Shown piece after piece: positions 34,283 through 47,305 of a stretch of 64,000 bases of DNA (the stretch's first letter is position 1; each line of letters opens with the position of its first letter). The position numbers and the translations under genes were made by a program. The notes beneath the pieces were generated by a model that saw only the letters and a list, made by a program, of their open reading frames with translations, searched no databases and was not told the DNA's origin. The DNA comes from an uncultured Acidobacteriota bacterium (lineage in GTDB: Bacteria; Acidobacteriota; Vicinamibacteria; Fen-336), in NCBI GenBank assembly GCA_963697835.1, contig CAVOPG010000001.1, forward strand, positions 772,764 to 836,763, given 5' to 3'.

Positions 34283-35548
34283 ATGACCACGGAAGGCCTG
34301 TCGGCCGGGGAAGGCGGGACCCGCCGCGTCTTCGGGCTGGAGTGGCCGGCGCAGGTGAGCCCCGCCCAGAAGCGCGCGCTGGTCGCCGGCGGGCTCGGCT
34401 GGGCGCTCGACGCCATGGACGTGATGCTCTACTCCATGGTGCTGGCCGACCTCATGCTCCACCTCGGGATCAGCAAGCCCCAGGCGGGCTTCCTGAACTC
34501 CCTCACCCTCGCCGCCTCCGCCGTGGGCGGGATGGCGTTCGGGATGATCGCCGACCGGGTGGGCCGCACGCGTGCCCTCATGGCCTCGATCCTCGTGTAC
34601 TCGGTGGCGAGCTTCGCCTGCGGTCTCTCGCAGACGCTCACCCAGCTCGCGGCCGGCCGGCTCGTGCTCGGTCTGGGGATGGGCGGCGAGTGGACGACCG
34701 GGGCTGCCCTCATCGCCGAGACCTGGCCGCCCGCTCACCGGGGCAAGGCGCTCGGCCTCATGCAGTCGTCGTGGGCGATCGGCGAGGCGATCGCCGCCGC
34801 CGTGACCCTCGTCGTCCTTCCCCGGTTCGGGTGGAGGGCGGTCTTCTTCGTGGGTGTCCTCCCGGCCCTCGTCGTGTTCTGGATCCGGCGCGAGGTCAAG
34901 GAGTCGCCGATCTGGCTCGCGCGGGGCCGCGCGCGCGGCGCCTCGCTCGCCGCGATGTGGCGGCGGGACATCCGCTGGAACGGCGTCGTGGCCACCGTGA
35001 TGAACGCGTGCGGAATGTTCGGCTACTGGGGCCTCTTCACCTGGATCCCGGGCTACCTCGCTCTGCCCGAGGCGCAAGGCGGCCGCGGCCTCGGGATCGT
35101 CGCCTCCCTCACGTGGGTCCTCTTCATGGCTCCGGGCAAGTGGCTCGGCTACACCCTCTTCGGGTTCGCCTCCGACGCCTTCGGCCGGCGCAAGAGCTAC
35201 GTCGCCTACCTCCTGGTGGCCGCGGTCCTCGTGCCCGTGTTCGGCTCGACGCGGAGCCTCGTCCTCTTGCTCGTCCTCGGGCCGTTCGTGGGCTTCTTCG
35301 GCACCGGCTTCTTCTCGGGCTTCAGCGCGATCGCCTCGGAGCTCTTCCCGACCGAGGTCCGCGCCACCGCCATGGGATTGACCTACAACATCGGCCGGGG
35401 CTTCTCCGCCCTCGCTCCTTTCGCGGTGGGCTGGGTGGCGATGCACCACTCGTTCTTCGCCGCGTTCCTGCTCCTGGCCGCCGCGTTCTTCCTCGCGGCC
35501 GGTCTCGCCCTTCTCCTGCCCGAGACGATGGGCAAGCAGCTCGAGTGA
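34283..35548 (+). CDS. MFS transporter (SHS/AAHS-like)
   Basis: GWALDAMD, ADRVGR, LGLGMGGEW, ELFPTEVRATA. Confidence 0.9.
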   Translation: MTTEGLSAGEGGTRRVFGLEWPAQVSPAQKRALVAGGLGWALDAMDVMLYSMVLADLMLHLGISKPQAGFLNSLTLAASAVGGMAFGMIADRVGRTRALMASILVYSVASFACGLSQTLTQLAAGRLVLGLGMGGEWTTGAALIAETWPPAHRGKALGLMQSSWAIGEAIAAAVTLVVLPRFGWRAVFFVGVLPALVVFWIRREVKESPIWLARGRARGASLAAMWRRDIRWNGVVATVMNACGMFGYWGLFTWIPGYLALPEAQGGRGLGIVASLTWVLFMAPGKWLGYTLFGFASDAFGRRKSYVAYLLVAAVLVPVFGSTRSLVLLLVLGPFVGFFGTGFFSGFSAIASELFPTEVRATAMGLTYNIGRGFSALAPFAVGWVAMHHSFFAAFLLLAAAFFLAAGLALLLPETMGKQLE

Positions 35549-35561
35549 TGAGGAGGTTCGA

Positions 35562-35936
35562 ATGACGACGACGGGCGGTCCGACGGTGGGGGCGCACTTC
35601 GACGGGAGAGCCGCGAGCGTGGCGGCAACCTACGCCGCCGTCCTGGCGGCGGCCCGGCGCTTCGGCCGAGTCCGGGAGGAACCCAGGAAGACGTCGATAC
35701 ACCTCGTGCGGGAGACGGCGTTCGCCGGGGTCGCGACGCAGAAGGCGGCGCTCGTCCTGACGATCAAGTCGGATCGCGACGTCCGCAGCCCGCGCGTCCG
35801 GAAGCACGAGCGCGCGTCGGCGAACCGCTGGCATCTCGAGGTGCGGCTGACGCGCCCCGAAGACGTGGACGGCGAGCTCCGCGGCTGGCTCGAGCGGGCG
35901 TACTCCCTGGCCGGGGGCCGGCCCCCCCGACGCTGA
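35562..35936 (+). CDS. DUF5655-like domain protein
   Basis: EEPRKTSIHL...AFAGV...RWHLEVRL...DVDGELRGWLERAY. Confidence 0.65.
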   Translation: MTTTGGPTVGAHFDGRAASVAATYAAVLAAARRFGRVREEPRKTSIHLVRETAFAGVATQKAALVLTIKSDRDVRSPRVRKHERASANRWHLEVRLTRPEDVDGELRGWLERAYSLAGGRPPRR

Positions 35937-36958
35937 TGCGTGGCGCAGCCGCCGTCACCGCGCTGCTGGTGAGTCTCGGCGGGGCTTTGGCGGCCGGTAC
36001 CGGGCCCGAGAGCCAGGCGCCTCCGCGAATGGGCGCCACGGATCGCGTGCGGCTCGCCGAAGCGCTCGCAGTGATCGCCGCCGTTCAGGAGAAGGCGTGG
36101 CCGAGGTGGAGCGAGGCGCCGTCGAGCCTCGTGCTCGTGGAGCGGGACTTCGAGTACCTGCTGCGTTCCCTCGACCGCCCCGAGGGCTTCGCGGCCTCGG
36201 AGGACGACCCCCGCCTCGGCGGCGCCGTTCTCGTGCGCCCGCGGACGTTCTCCCGGGAGCTCCTGGCGACGTTTCCGGCATTCAACCCGACCCCCACGAT
36301 CGTCGTCGGAACCGCGGAGGCCACGGGCAAGCACTCGACGGGCTGGGTCCTCGCCGTCGCCCACGAGCACTTCCATCAGCTGCAGTACGCGGATCCGGGG
36401 TACTGGAGCGAGAGCGAGGCGCTCGGCCTGGCCGGGAACGACCGAACGGGCATGTGGATGCTCAACTACCCGTTCCCGTACGCGTCGACGAGCTCGGCGT
36501 TCGCGTCTCTGTCGCGAGAGCTCGGCCGTCTCGTCGACGGCAAGGCTCCGGGACGGGAGGAGCGGGAGGCGTTCTGGCGACGCTACGGTGAGCTCCGCGG
36601 GAAGCTCAAGCCCCAGGACTACCGGTACCTCTCCTTCCAGCTCTGGCAGGAGGGCATCGCGCGCTACGCGGAGCTGAAGGTGGCCGAGATCGCGGGGAAG
36701 GAGCACCCGGTCTCGGCGGAGTTCGCCGGCCTCGGCGACTACCGGCCCTTCGCCGCCGCTGCCGCCGCGCTGCGCAGCGAGACGATCCACGAGCTCCAGA
36801 CCGACACCATGGCGAAGGACGGGCGCACGGTCTTCTACGCCTTCGGGGCGGGGCTCGGCCTCCTTCTCGACCAGGAGGGCAAGGCCTGGCAGGATCGCTA
36901 CCTGGCCGAGAAGTTCTACCTCGAGACGTACCGTGCGCCGGCGCCGCGTCTGCCCTAG
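35936..36958 (+). CDS. Exported hypothetical protein, putative gluzincin metallopeptidase
   Basis: Signal peptide; HEHFH (HExxH) and downstream QEGIARY. Confidence 0.65.
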   Translation: MRGAAAVTALLVSLGGALAAGTGPESQAPPRMGATDRVRLAEALAVIAAVQEKAWPRWSEAPSSLVLVERDFEYLLRSLDRPEGFAASEDDPRLGGAVLVRPRTFSRELLATFPAFNPTPTIVVGTAEATGKHSTGWVLAVAHEHFHQLQYADPGYWSESEALGLAGNDRTGMWMLNYPFPYASTSSAFASLSRELGRLVDGKAPGREEREAFWRRYGELRGKLKPQDYRYLSFQLWQEGIARYAELKVAEIAGKEHPVSAEFAGLGDYRPFAAAAAALRSETIHELQTDTMAKDGRTVFYAFGAGLGLLLDQEGKAWQDRYLAEKFYLETYRAPAPRLP

Positions 36959-37062
36959 GGCGCCGGGATTCCCGCCCGGCGAGCGGCGGACTCCTCGGCC
37001 GGCACGCTGTCCTTCGTGCGACGCGCGGACGTGGGCCCCGGCGCCTGAGCGCGCGAAGTGCC

Positions 37063-38417
<1,355 letters not shown>

Positions 38418-38421
<4 letters not shown>

Positions 38422-38983
38422 GAGCGAACTCCTTCCGTTCTCGCGCGGACGAGGCGCATCTCACGGCTCCCTGCGAGGCGCTCTCGCAGGACGGGCAGGG
38501 GGTGGCCGTCTTGCCGTCCAGGTCGACGAGGTCGATCGAGAGCGACATCGGGCAGCGCCGGTCGAGGCAGTGCACGAGCCCGAAGGTGTGCCCCATCTCG
38601 TGGACGGCCTCGGTGGCGGCGCGACGCGCGAGGACCCCGGGCGCCTGTGGAAGGCCGTGGAACTCGGGCCGCAGCCGCGCGAGCGAGACGACCGCCACCC
38701 GGCCTCCGAGCTGCGCCTGGCCGTACACGAAGCTCAGGACGGGCACGAAGAGGTCGCGCTCGGTGACCCCCAGGAGCCGCACGGCGCCTGTCGGCACCCG
38801 GCCGAGCAGCGCCTCGAGGAACGCCGTCGAGCTCCACTGCGCCCGCGCCGGGGTGAAGGCGAGGGCCGGCTCCTCGATCGGGTCCCGGCGGACGACCGGG
38901 AGGGAGAACGCGTCGCCGAGAGCCGCCTCCATGGCCGCGAGGACGCCGCCGGGGGCGGGGCCGAAAGGCGCCACGACCAGCAC
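38418..38983 (-). CDS. Archaemetzincin-family (M54) zinc metalloprotease (probable frameshift near 38480)
   Basis: [40 protein letters not shown]. Confidence 0.88.
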
Positions 38984-38985
38984 GC

Positions 38986-40633
38986 TCAGGCCTCCGGGCC
39001 GGCATGCGCGGCGGCCTCGTCGTCGTGGTTGGCCGCTTCGGGCACGAGCGGCAGCGTGACCTCGAACGTCGTTCCCTGGCCCGGGGCGGTCCGCACCTCG
39101 ATGCGTCCGCCGTGGGACTCGACGATCCCGTAGACCACGGCCAGCCCGAGCCCCACGCCCTTGCCGTCGTCCTTGGTCGTGAAGAACGGGTCGAAGATCC
39201 GGTCGAGCGTCTCCCTGGCGATGCCCTCGCCGTCGTCCGTCACCTCGAGCACGGCGCTCTCCCCGTCTCCTCCCCGGCGGGTGCGCACGGACACCCGGCC
39301 CGAGCCGTGGGGACGCGTGGCTTCCGCTCCGTTCATCACGAGGTTGAGGACGACCTGCTGCACCTGGGAGGCGTCGCACGGCAGGAGGGGCAGCGTCTCG
39401 TCGAGCCGCAGCGTCGCCTCGACGCCCAGGAGCTTCAGCTTGTGCGACACGAGGTCGACCGTCGCGCGCACGATGGCGTTGAGGTCGGACGGGGCGCGGT
39501 GGGGCTTCGCGCGGCGCGAGAAGGCGAGGAGGTCGGAGACGATGCGCCCGGCCCGCGCGGTCTGCTCGGTGACCCGCGTCGAGGTAGCCGCGGAACTCGG
39601 GCACGCGCTCCCGCGGGACGCCGTCGTCCTTCAGGATCCGGCTCATGAGGGCGGAGAAGTTGAGGACGCCCGAGAGCGGGTTGTTGATCTCGTGGGCGAC
39701 GCTGGCCGCGAGCTGGCCGAGCGAGGCGAGGCGGTCGGCCTGGAGGAGGCGCCGCTGCGCCTGCTGGAGCTGGGCGGTGCGCTCGGCGACCTTGGCCTCG
39801 AGCTCCTGCGCGGCGCGGTTGATCTCGCCGAGGGCCTCGCGCAGGCGGTCCCGCATGAGGTTGAAGGAGCCGGCGAGGCTCCACAGCTCGCGGCTCGAGG
39901 TGATCTCGATCGGGTGCTCGAGGTCCATGCGGCCGAGGGCGGCGTTGGCCTCGATGAGGCGGTGGATGGGACGGGTCACGAAGAAGCTGACGAAGAGGAC
40001 GAGGAAGGCCGAGATGAGCACCGCCTCGATGGCCATGGTGACGAACACCCGGCGCCGCGCGTCGGCGATCAGGCGGTCGGCCGGCCCGAGGTCGAGCGCG
40101 ACGTCGAGCACCCCGAGGACGCTCTGCCGCGCGGGGTGGGCGTGGCAGGCGGCGGTGCTGCACGAGGGCTCGTTGTAGATCGGGGTGATCATGGCGAGGC
40201 GGCGCCCGCCGTCCGGCGGCGGTGAAGACCCGGGCGCGGGAGGGCGTCTCCACGCGGACGAGAGGCTGGGCGCTCGCGTGGCAGAGGACGCACGCCTCGG
40301 CGTTCTTGTCCACGAGCCGCCCCGCCTCGGGGCGACGGTCGAGAACATGATCCGCCCCTCCTTGTTGAAGATGCGGATGCGGCTGATGCCCTGCTGCCGC
40401 GCCACGACCTGCATCGTGTCGTAGGCCGCCTGGCGGTCGTCGGCCAGCATGGCGTGCCAGGTGGCGGAGGCGAGGCTGCGGGAGAGCTGGTCGGCGCCCA
40501 CGATCATCGTCTCGTGGTAGCCGCGCTCGACGGCGCCGATGCGGACGATCCCGGACACGACCGCGATCAGCACCACGAGGGCGACGAGGGGGACGATCAG
40601 CTTCTGGCTCAGCGGCCGGGGAGGCGTCGGCAT
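38986..40633 (-). CDS. Membrane sensor histidine kinase with periplasmic heme-c-type motifs, HAMP, HisKA and HATPase (frameshifted)
   Basis: CVLCH and CSTAACH; AHEINNPL, NLVMNG, DDGEGI, FDPFFTTK, GVGLGL. Confidence 0.88.
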
Positions 40634-40726
40634 CGGCGTTCGGGTGTCGCCGGCCCCGAGACCGGGCCGGACCACCCCCGCCAGCATGGTAGCCGGTGGG
40701 GGCGCGTCCGGACAGAGTCAAACGAC

Positions 40727-41880
40727 TCAGGGGCGCTCGAGGTCCGGGAGCGGCGGGGCGGCCTTCGGCGACGCCGTGCGGAAGTCCTCGCCCAGGAGCG
40801 CGGCGACGGTGGCGGCGAGCTGCGACTGCGTGGCTATCTCGGCCTCGCGCACGCCCAGGGCCGGAGTGCCGGGGCCCATCACCGCCATCCAGATGCGCTC
40901 GGCGGCGGGCACCTTCTCGCCGTGGTCGGTCCAGTCGCGCGGCGAGGCGCCGCGGCCGTGGTCCGTGGCGAGGACGAGCGCCGTCCTCCCGCGGTAGGCG
41001 GGGAGGGACTGGGCGGTCTCCCACAGCCGGCGCACGAAGCGGTCGGAGCGCCAGGCGGCGTCGAGGTAGAGGTCGTAGCGCCGCTCGTGCGCCCACTCGT
41101 CCGTCTCGCCGAGCATGACGTAGAGGACGCGGGGCTGCGCGCGTCCTCAGGTGCTCGAGCGCTCCCTGCATGGTCGGGGCGTCGAAGCGGGAGCCCGACC
41201 AGTAGTCGGGCAGGTCGGCGGTGAACTCGTTGAGGAGGCGCTCGCGGTCGCTGGCGGGAAGGAGCACGGCGGGGCCGTCGCCGTTCGCGTGCAGCCCCGA
41301 GCGCTCCGCCGCGACGATGAACGGCAGCACGTCCCAGCTTCCGAACGCGGCCACCCGGCCTTCGAAGCCCGGGCGGCGATTCAGCCACTCCAGCACGGTG
41401 AGGTTGGGGTTCACCTTCTTGTCGTTGCTGTCCACGCGCGGGTCGGCGAGGCCCGAGAGCATCTCGTTGTAGCCCGGGTAGGAGAACCACAGCCCGTTCG
41501 TGACGCGGACGAGGCTGCCCTTCGCCGGGTCGCCCACCACCTGCCCGTCCCGCGCCACGACCGTCCAGAAGAACGGCAGCAGCGCCTCGCGTCGGCCCTC
41601 GGGAGTCGGTCGGTCGAACCGCGCGGCCAGGGGCTCCGGTTTCGCGACGCCGCCGTCGGTCTCGGTGTTCAGCGTCGCGTCGAAGCCCGAGAACACCTCC
41701 TGCCAGCGCAGGCCGTCGAGGGTCACGATCAGCACGTTCTCGACGCGCGAGGGAGCGGGCCCGGCGAGCGAAGAAGGGGGCGGCGCGCACAGCAGGGTGG
41801 GGAGGGAGAGGAGGACGAGACGGCGGATCCCTCGGGCGAGGGCCCCGACGGGCGCCCTCGGGATGACCGGCGACGCTCAT
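40727..41880 (-). CDS. Alkaline-phosphatase-superfamily exported protein (frameshifted)
   Basis: [37 protein letters not shown]. Confidence 0.82.
41825..41867 (-). repeat. REP-like element (GTCATCCCGAG...CGAGGGATCC type)
   Basis: Minus strand reads GTCATCCCGAGGGCGCCCGTCGGGGCCCTCGCCCGAGGGATCC; single copy in the window. Confidence 0.4.
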
Positions 41881-43668
41881 GAGAGTCGAAGCTCCTTCGT
41901 GAAGGCGCTCTTCAGCGCCTGGCCGTCGGCCTCCAGGCGCGCGCGCGCCGGAGCGACCTCGGCCCGTTCCCGCGCCTGGCCCACCAGCTCCAGGTAGAAC
42001 TTGATCTTCGGCTCGGTGCCGCTCGGGCGCACGGTGAGCCGCGCGCCGTCCTCCGACTGGAAGGCGAGCACGTCCGCGCGCGGCAGCCCCGAGGGGCGCC
42101 GCTCGCCGCGGACGCGCTCCTCGCCCTCCCCGGCGTCGAGGACGCGGACGACGGGGCTCGCCCCGATTCGCGCGGGCGGGCTCGCGCGCAGCTGCGCCAT
42201 CGCCGCGTCGATGCGGGCGCGGCCCTCGGCCCCGGGCAGCACCACCGACCACTGCACCTGGTGCGAGAGGCCGTGGGCCACGAGCAGGTCGTCGAGGCGG
42301 TCGAGGAGGGTGCGCCCGCTCGCTCTTGAGGAACCGCGCCAGTCTCGGCGAGCCGCAGGGCGGCGCCGATGCCGTCCTTGTCGCGGACGAGCGGGCCCAC
42401 CGTGTAGCCGAGCGCCTCCTCGTAGCCGAACACGAACGCGAGGCCCTCCGCTCCGCCGCGGAGCGCCGCGTCGGCGATCCACTTGAAGCCGGTGAGCGTC
42501 TCGCGGTACGCGACGCCGCGGTCGCGCGCCATCCGCGAGAGGAGGCTCGAGGACACGACCGTGGTGACGACGAGCTTCTGCCTCCCGCCGGTGTCGGCGT
42601 GCTCGATCGCGTCGTCGGCGAGCAGCGACGCCGACCTCGTTGCCGGACAGCATCCGGTAGCCCGCGGCCCGACGGGTCGGGCACGGCGGCGGCCAGGCGG
42701 TCGGCGTCGGGGTCGTTGGCGAGGACCAGCTCGGCCCGGGTCTCCGCGGCCAGGGCGAGGACGCGGTCCATCGCCCCGGGCTCCTCGGGGTTCGGGAAGG
42801 AGACGGTGCGGAAGGCGCCGTCGGGGTCGGCCTGCGACCGGCTCGACCGCGACGCCGTCGAAGCCCGCTCGGGCGAGGGCACGGACGGCGAGCCGGTGGC
42901 CGACGCCGTGCATCGCCGTGTACGCGATCCGGAGGGGCATCGCGTCGCGCGCCGTGGAGGGCGCCCGCGGGCGAGGCCCCCGAGGTAGGCCTCCTCGACC
43001 GCCGCGTCCTCGACGTCCACGAGGAGGCGCAGGCCGCTGCGCCGCGGCGTCGGCCGGGGCGGGCCGTGCGATCGCGCCCGCGCGGCGGGGCGCCGGCGAT
43101 GCGCGCCGCGATCGCGGCGTCGACGGGGGCGACGATCTGGGCGCCGCTCGCGAGGTAGACCTTGTAGCCGTTGTCGCGCGGGCGGGTTGTGGCTGACGCG
43201 GTGACCGTGACGCCGGCCGCAGCGCCGAGGTGGGGGACGGCGAAGGCGAGGAGCGGCGTCGGGATCGGGTCGGGGAAGAGGCGCACGGGAATGCCGAGGC
43301 CGGCGAGGACCGACGCGGCGTCCTCGGCGAAGCCGCGGCTCGAGTGGCGGCCGTCGAAGCCGACGACGACCCCCCGGGACCGCGGGTCGGGGCCCCCGCG
43401 CGACGCCTCGTCGAGGAGGTGCGCGCCGAGGCCCCAGGTGGCCTTCACGACCGCGAGCCGGTTCATCCGCGCGAGCCCCGCCTCGACCCGCCCGCGCAGG
43501 CCCGCGGTGCCGAACTCGAGCGGGCCCGACATGCGGTCGGCGAGGTCCGCCGTTCGCCGCTTCGTCCCCGCCCTCGGCCCGGCGCACGAGCGCCTCGAGC
43601 TCGGCGCGCGTCTCGGGGTCGGGGTCCTCGGACAGGAGCTCGCGGGCGGCGGCGACGGGGTCGCTCAT
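41877..43668 (-). CDS. Phospho-sugar mutase (PGM/PMM family), frameshifted
   Basis: [14 protein letters not shown] across a shift, [30 protein letters not shown]. Confidence 0.9.
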
Positions 43669-43701
43669 GCCGCCCATTCTACGGCGGGGTTACGATCGGG
43701 C

Positions 43702-44773
43702 ATGCTCGCCACCGCGCTCCTTCCCGCTCTCCTCGCCGCCGCGCCCGCGCCCGTCGACCCCGCCCTCGCCGAGCGCTTCGCCCGCCTCGCCCTCGCCTGC
43801 GTCCACCAGGAGTACCCGAACAAGATCGCCCACGTCATGAGCGGCGACGCGGACGCGCGGCCCCCGCGCGAGCTGACCCCGGCCTTCTTCGGCTGCTACG
43901 ACTGGCACTCTTCCGTCCACGGCCACTGGCTGCTCGCGCGCGTCGCGCGCCTGCTGCCGGAGGCGCCCTTCGCCGCCGACGCCCGCCACGCGCTCGGGCG
44001 GAGCCTGACGCCGACGAACGTCGCCGCCGAGGTCGCCTACCTCGAGGGGAAGGGCCGGGTGAGCTTCGAGCGGCCGTACGGCCTCGCGTGGCTGCTGCAG
44101 CTCGCCGCCGAGCTGCGGGAGTGGGGCTCGCCCGAGGCGCGCGGGTGGACGGCCGCGCTCGCGCCGCTCGAGAAGGCGTCGGCCGCGCGGCTCCGCGACT
44201 GGCTGCCGAAGCTGACGCGGCCCATCCGGGTCGGCGAGCACTCGCAGACGGCCTTCGCCCTCGGCCTCGTGCTCGACTGGGCCCGCGTGGCGGGCGACGC
44301 GGAGACGGAAGCGCTCGTCGTCTCGCGCAGCCGGGACTTCTACGGCGCGCGACCGCGACTGCCCGCTCGCCTACGAGCCCTCCGGCGAGGACTTCCTCTC
44401 GCCCTGCCTCGGCGAGGCCGACCTGATGCGGCGCGTGCTGCCGCCGCCGGAGTACGCGCGCTGGCTCTCCGGCTTCCTGCCGCGCCTGCCGAAGGACGGC
44501 TCGTCCGGCTGGCTCGCAGCCGGGGATCGTGACCGACCCCACCGACCCCAAGCTCGCGCACCTCGACGGCCTCAACCTGAGCCGGGCGTGGATGCTCGAG
44601 GGCATGGCCGCGGGCCTGCCGGAGGGCGACGCGCGCGTCTCCGGCTCTCCGCGCCGCGGCGGCCGTCCACCGCGGCGAAGGGCGTCGCCGCGGTGACCGG
44701 CGAGCACTACGAGGGCGGCCACTGGCTCGGGACGTTCGCCGTCTACCTCGTCACCGGCCGCGGGCTTCGCTGA
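43702..44773 (+). CDS. DUF2891-family protein (frameshifted)
   Basis: EYPNK, FFGCYDWHSSVHGHW, FERPYGLAW, GEHSQTAF, HLDGLNLSRAW, YEGGHWL. Confidence 0.85.
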
Positions 44774-44776
44774 CCC

Positions 44777-46052
44777 TCAGCCCTTCCACGGGTGAACCCA
44801 CGGGCCGCGGTAGTCGCGCTTGAGGAGCGCCGCCGCCGCCGGGTTGCCGCGCACCTCGTCGCTCGCGGCGTCCCAGTCCACGCGTCCGCCCGCCTTGAGC
44901 GCGATCATCGCGAGCTGGACCGCGGCCGTCGAGCGGTACGCGTCCTCCGGCGGGCAGGACACCGTGCCCCGCGTGCGCACCGCGTCGAGCCACTCGGCCA
45001 CGTGAGCCGTCTGCTGGTCGTTCTTCGCCTCGACCGCACGCCGCTCGGCGCCCTTCGCGGCCGGGATCACCTCGTAGCGGGCGTCGGTCAGGAAGACGGT
45101 CTCCTTCTCGCCGTAGAAGAACATGCCAATCGTCGTCTCGGGCGTGTACTCGGCCTGACCGAAGATGCGGTGGCTCCAGACGACCGGGCACGGGTCGAAC
45201 TCGAAGTGGGCGGTGAGGACGTCGGGCGTCGTGATGCGGCCCTTCAGCCCGTAGAGGCCGCCCGCGGACTGGATCGAGCGCGGCATGCCAAGGCCGAGGA
45301 CGGTGCGGATGGCGTCGATCCAGTGGATGCCCCAGTCCACGAGGTGGCCGTTGCCGTAGGCCTCCTCGAGGCGCCAGTGGAAGTGGCCGACCTGCGGGCT
45401 GTAGGGCAGCTTCGGAGCCGGGCCGCACCAGAGGTCCCAGTCGAGCGTCGGCGGCGGGTCGACCGGGCGTCGGGTCCACGAGCTCGGCCGGGTAGTGGAT
45501 CTGGGCGGCGACGGTCACGATCCTCCCGGCGTGACCCTCGGCGATGTACTTCGCGGCCTGGCGGATGGCCTCGCTCTGGCGGCGCTGGAAGCCGATCTGG
45601 ACGACCCGGCCGCTGGCCTTGGCGGCCTCGACCATCGCCCGCCCCTCGCGCACGTCGTAGGCCAGCGGCTTCTCGCAGTAGACGTCCAGGCCCCGGCGGC
45701 AGGCCTCGATGAACGGCAGCGCGTGCCAGTGGGGCGGGGTGGCGATGACCACCGCCTGCAGCCCCGGGACGTCGAGGAGCTCCCGCCAGTCCTTGAACGC
45801 GCGAGGCGACGCGGCCTTGCCAGCCCCGGATCCGCTCCGCCGCCTGCGAGGAGGTGCGCGTTGTCCACGTCGCAGATGCCGACCACCTCGACGCCGCCGG
45901 CCTTGAACGCCGCCTCCGTCACCACGAGGCCGTACCAGCCGCAGCCGATCACGCCGAGCCGGAGCGTCTCCTTCGTCTTCCTCCGCGGCGCCCGGACGGC
46001 CGAGGGCCGTGGCGCCGGCCGCGAGCGTGCCCAGGAACACCCGACGTTCCAT
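44777..46052 (-). CDS. Gfo/Idh/MocA oxidoreductase, Tat-exported (frameshifted)
   Basis: ERRVFL; GVIGCGWYG, IATPPHWH, YCEKP, QIGFQRR, DWGIH. Confidence 0.88.
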
Positions 46053-46147
46053 GGCCTGCCTCCCGTGCGTGGATCATAGTCCCGACTTCCCCGTGCTAGC
46101 ATCGCCGCGAGCGCGGCCCCGTCGGGCGGCGCCCCTCGGAGGCCCTC

Positions 46148-47304
46148 ATGAAAGCAGTGCTCTTCTCCCTCGGCGCGATCCTGGCGTGCGCCTTCGCTCA
46201 CCCCGGCGCCGGCGGCAGCGGCCGAGGGGCCGACGGTCCCGACCCTCGCGATCGGGGCGAAGGCCCCGGACTTCGACCTGCCCGGCGTCGACGGCAAGCG
46301 CTACACGCTCGCGAGCTTCGCCGCGGCCAAGGTGCTCGTGCTCGTCTTCACCGCGAACCACTGCCCGACCGCCCAGGCCTACGAGGAGCGGATCGAGAAG
46401 CTCGCACGCCGACTTCCGGGGCCGCGGCGTCCAGGTCGTCCTCGTCTCTCCGAACGACCCGCTCGCCCTGCGCCTCGACGAGCAGGGCTACTCGGACCTC
46501 GGCGACACGCTCGAGGAGATGAAGATCCGGGCGAAGGACCGGGGCTGGACCTTCCCCTACCTCTACGACGGCGAGACGGAGGCGATGTCGCGGCAGTACG
46601 GGCCGGTGGCGACGCCGCACGTCTTCGTCTTCGACGCCGAGCGGAAGCTGCGCTTCGCCGGGCGCGTCGACGACAACGAGAACCCGGCGAAGGCCACGAC
46701 GCACGACGCCCGCGACGCCATCGAGGCGGTGCTCGCCGGGAAGCCGGTGCCGGTCGAGACGACCAAGGTCTTCGGCTGCTCGGTGAAGTGGTCGGACAAG
46801 CGCGCCTGGGTGAAGGAGCGGGTACGAGAAGTGGGCGAAGGAGCCGGTCACCCTCGAGACGATCGACGAGGCGGGGGTCCGGGCCCAGGCGAGGAACGAG
46901 GGCGGGAAGAAGCTCCGGCTGATCAACGTCTGGGCGACGTGGTGCGGGCCGTGCGTGATCGAGTTCCCCGACCTCGTCTCCGTCCACCGGATCTACCGGG
47001 GCCGCGACTTCGAGGTGGTGACGGTCAACGCCGACGACCCCGGGCAAGCGCGAGAAGGCCCTCGAGTTCCTGAAGAAGCAGCAGGCCTCGACGCGCAACT
47101 ACGCCTTCGACAAGGGCGACCCCTACGCGCTCATCGAGGCGGTGGACCCGAAGTGGCAGGGGGCCCTGCCGCACACGATCGTCGTTGCCCCGGGCGGCGA
47201 GGTGATCTACCGGAGCGAGGGGGCCTTCGACACCCTGAAGCTGCGCAAGGCGATCGTCGGGTGGCTCGGACGGTACTACCACTCGATCGCCAGGAGGGAA
47301 GTGA
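46148..47304 (+). CDS. Exported double redoxin (AhpC/TSA plus TlpA-like) protein (frameshifted)
   Basis: APDFDLPG, NHCPTAQ, ATPHVF, FGCSVKW, NVWATWCGPC, GALPHT; end approximate. Confidence 0.82.
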
Positions 47305-47305
47305 G

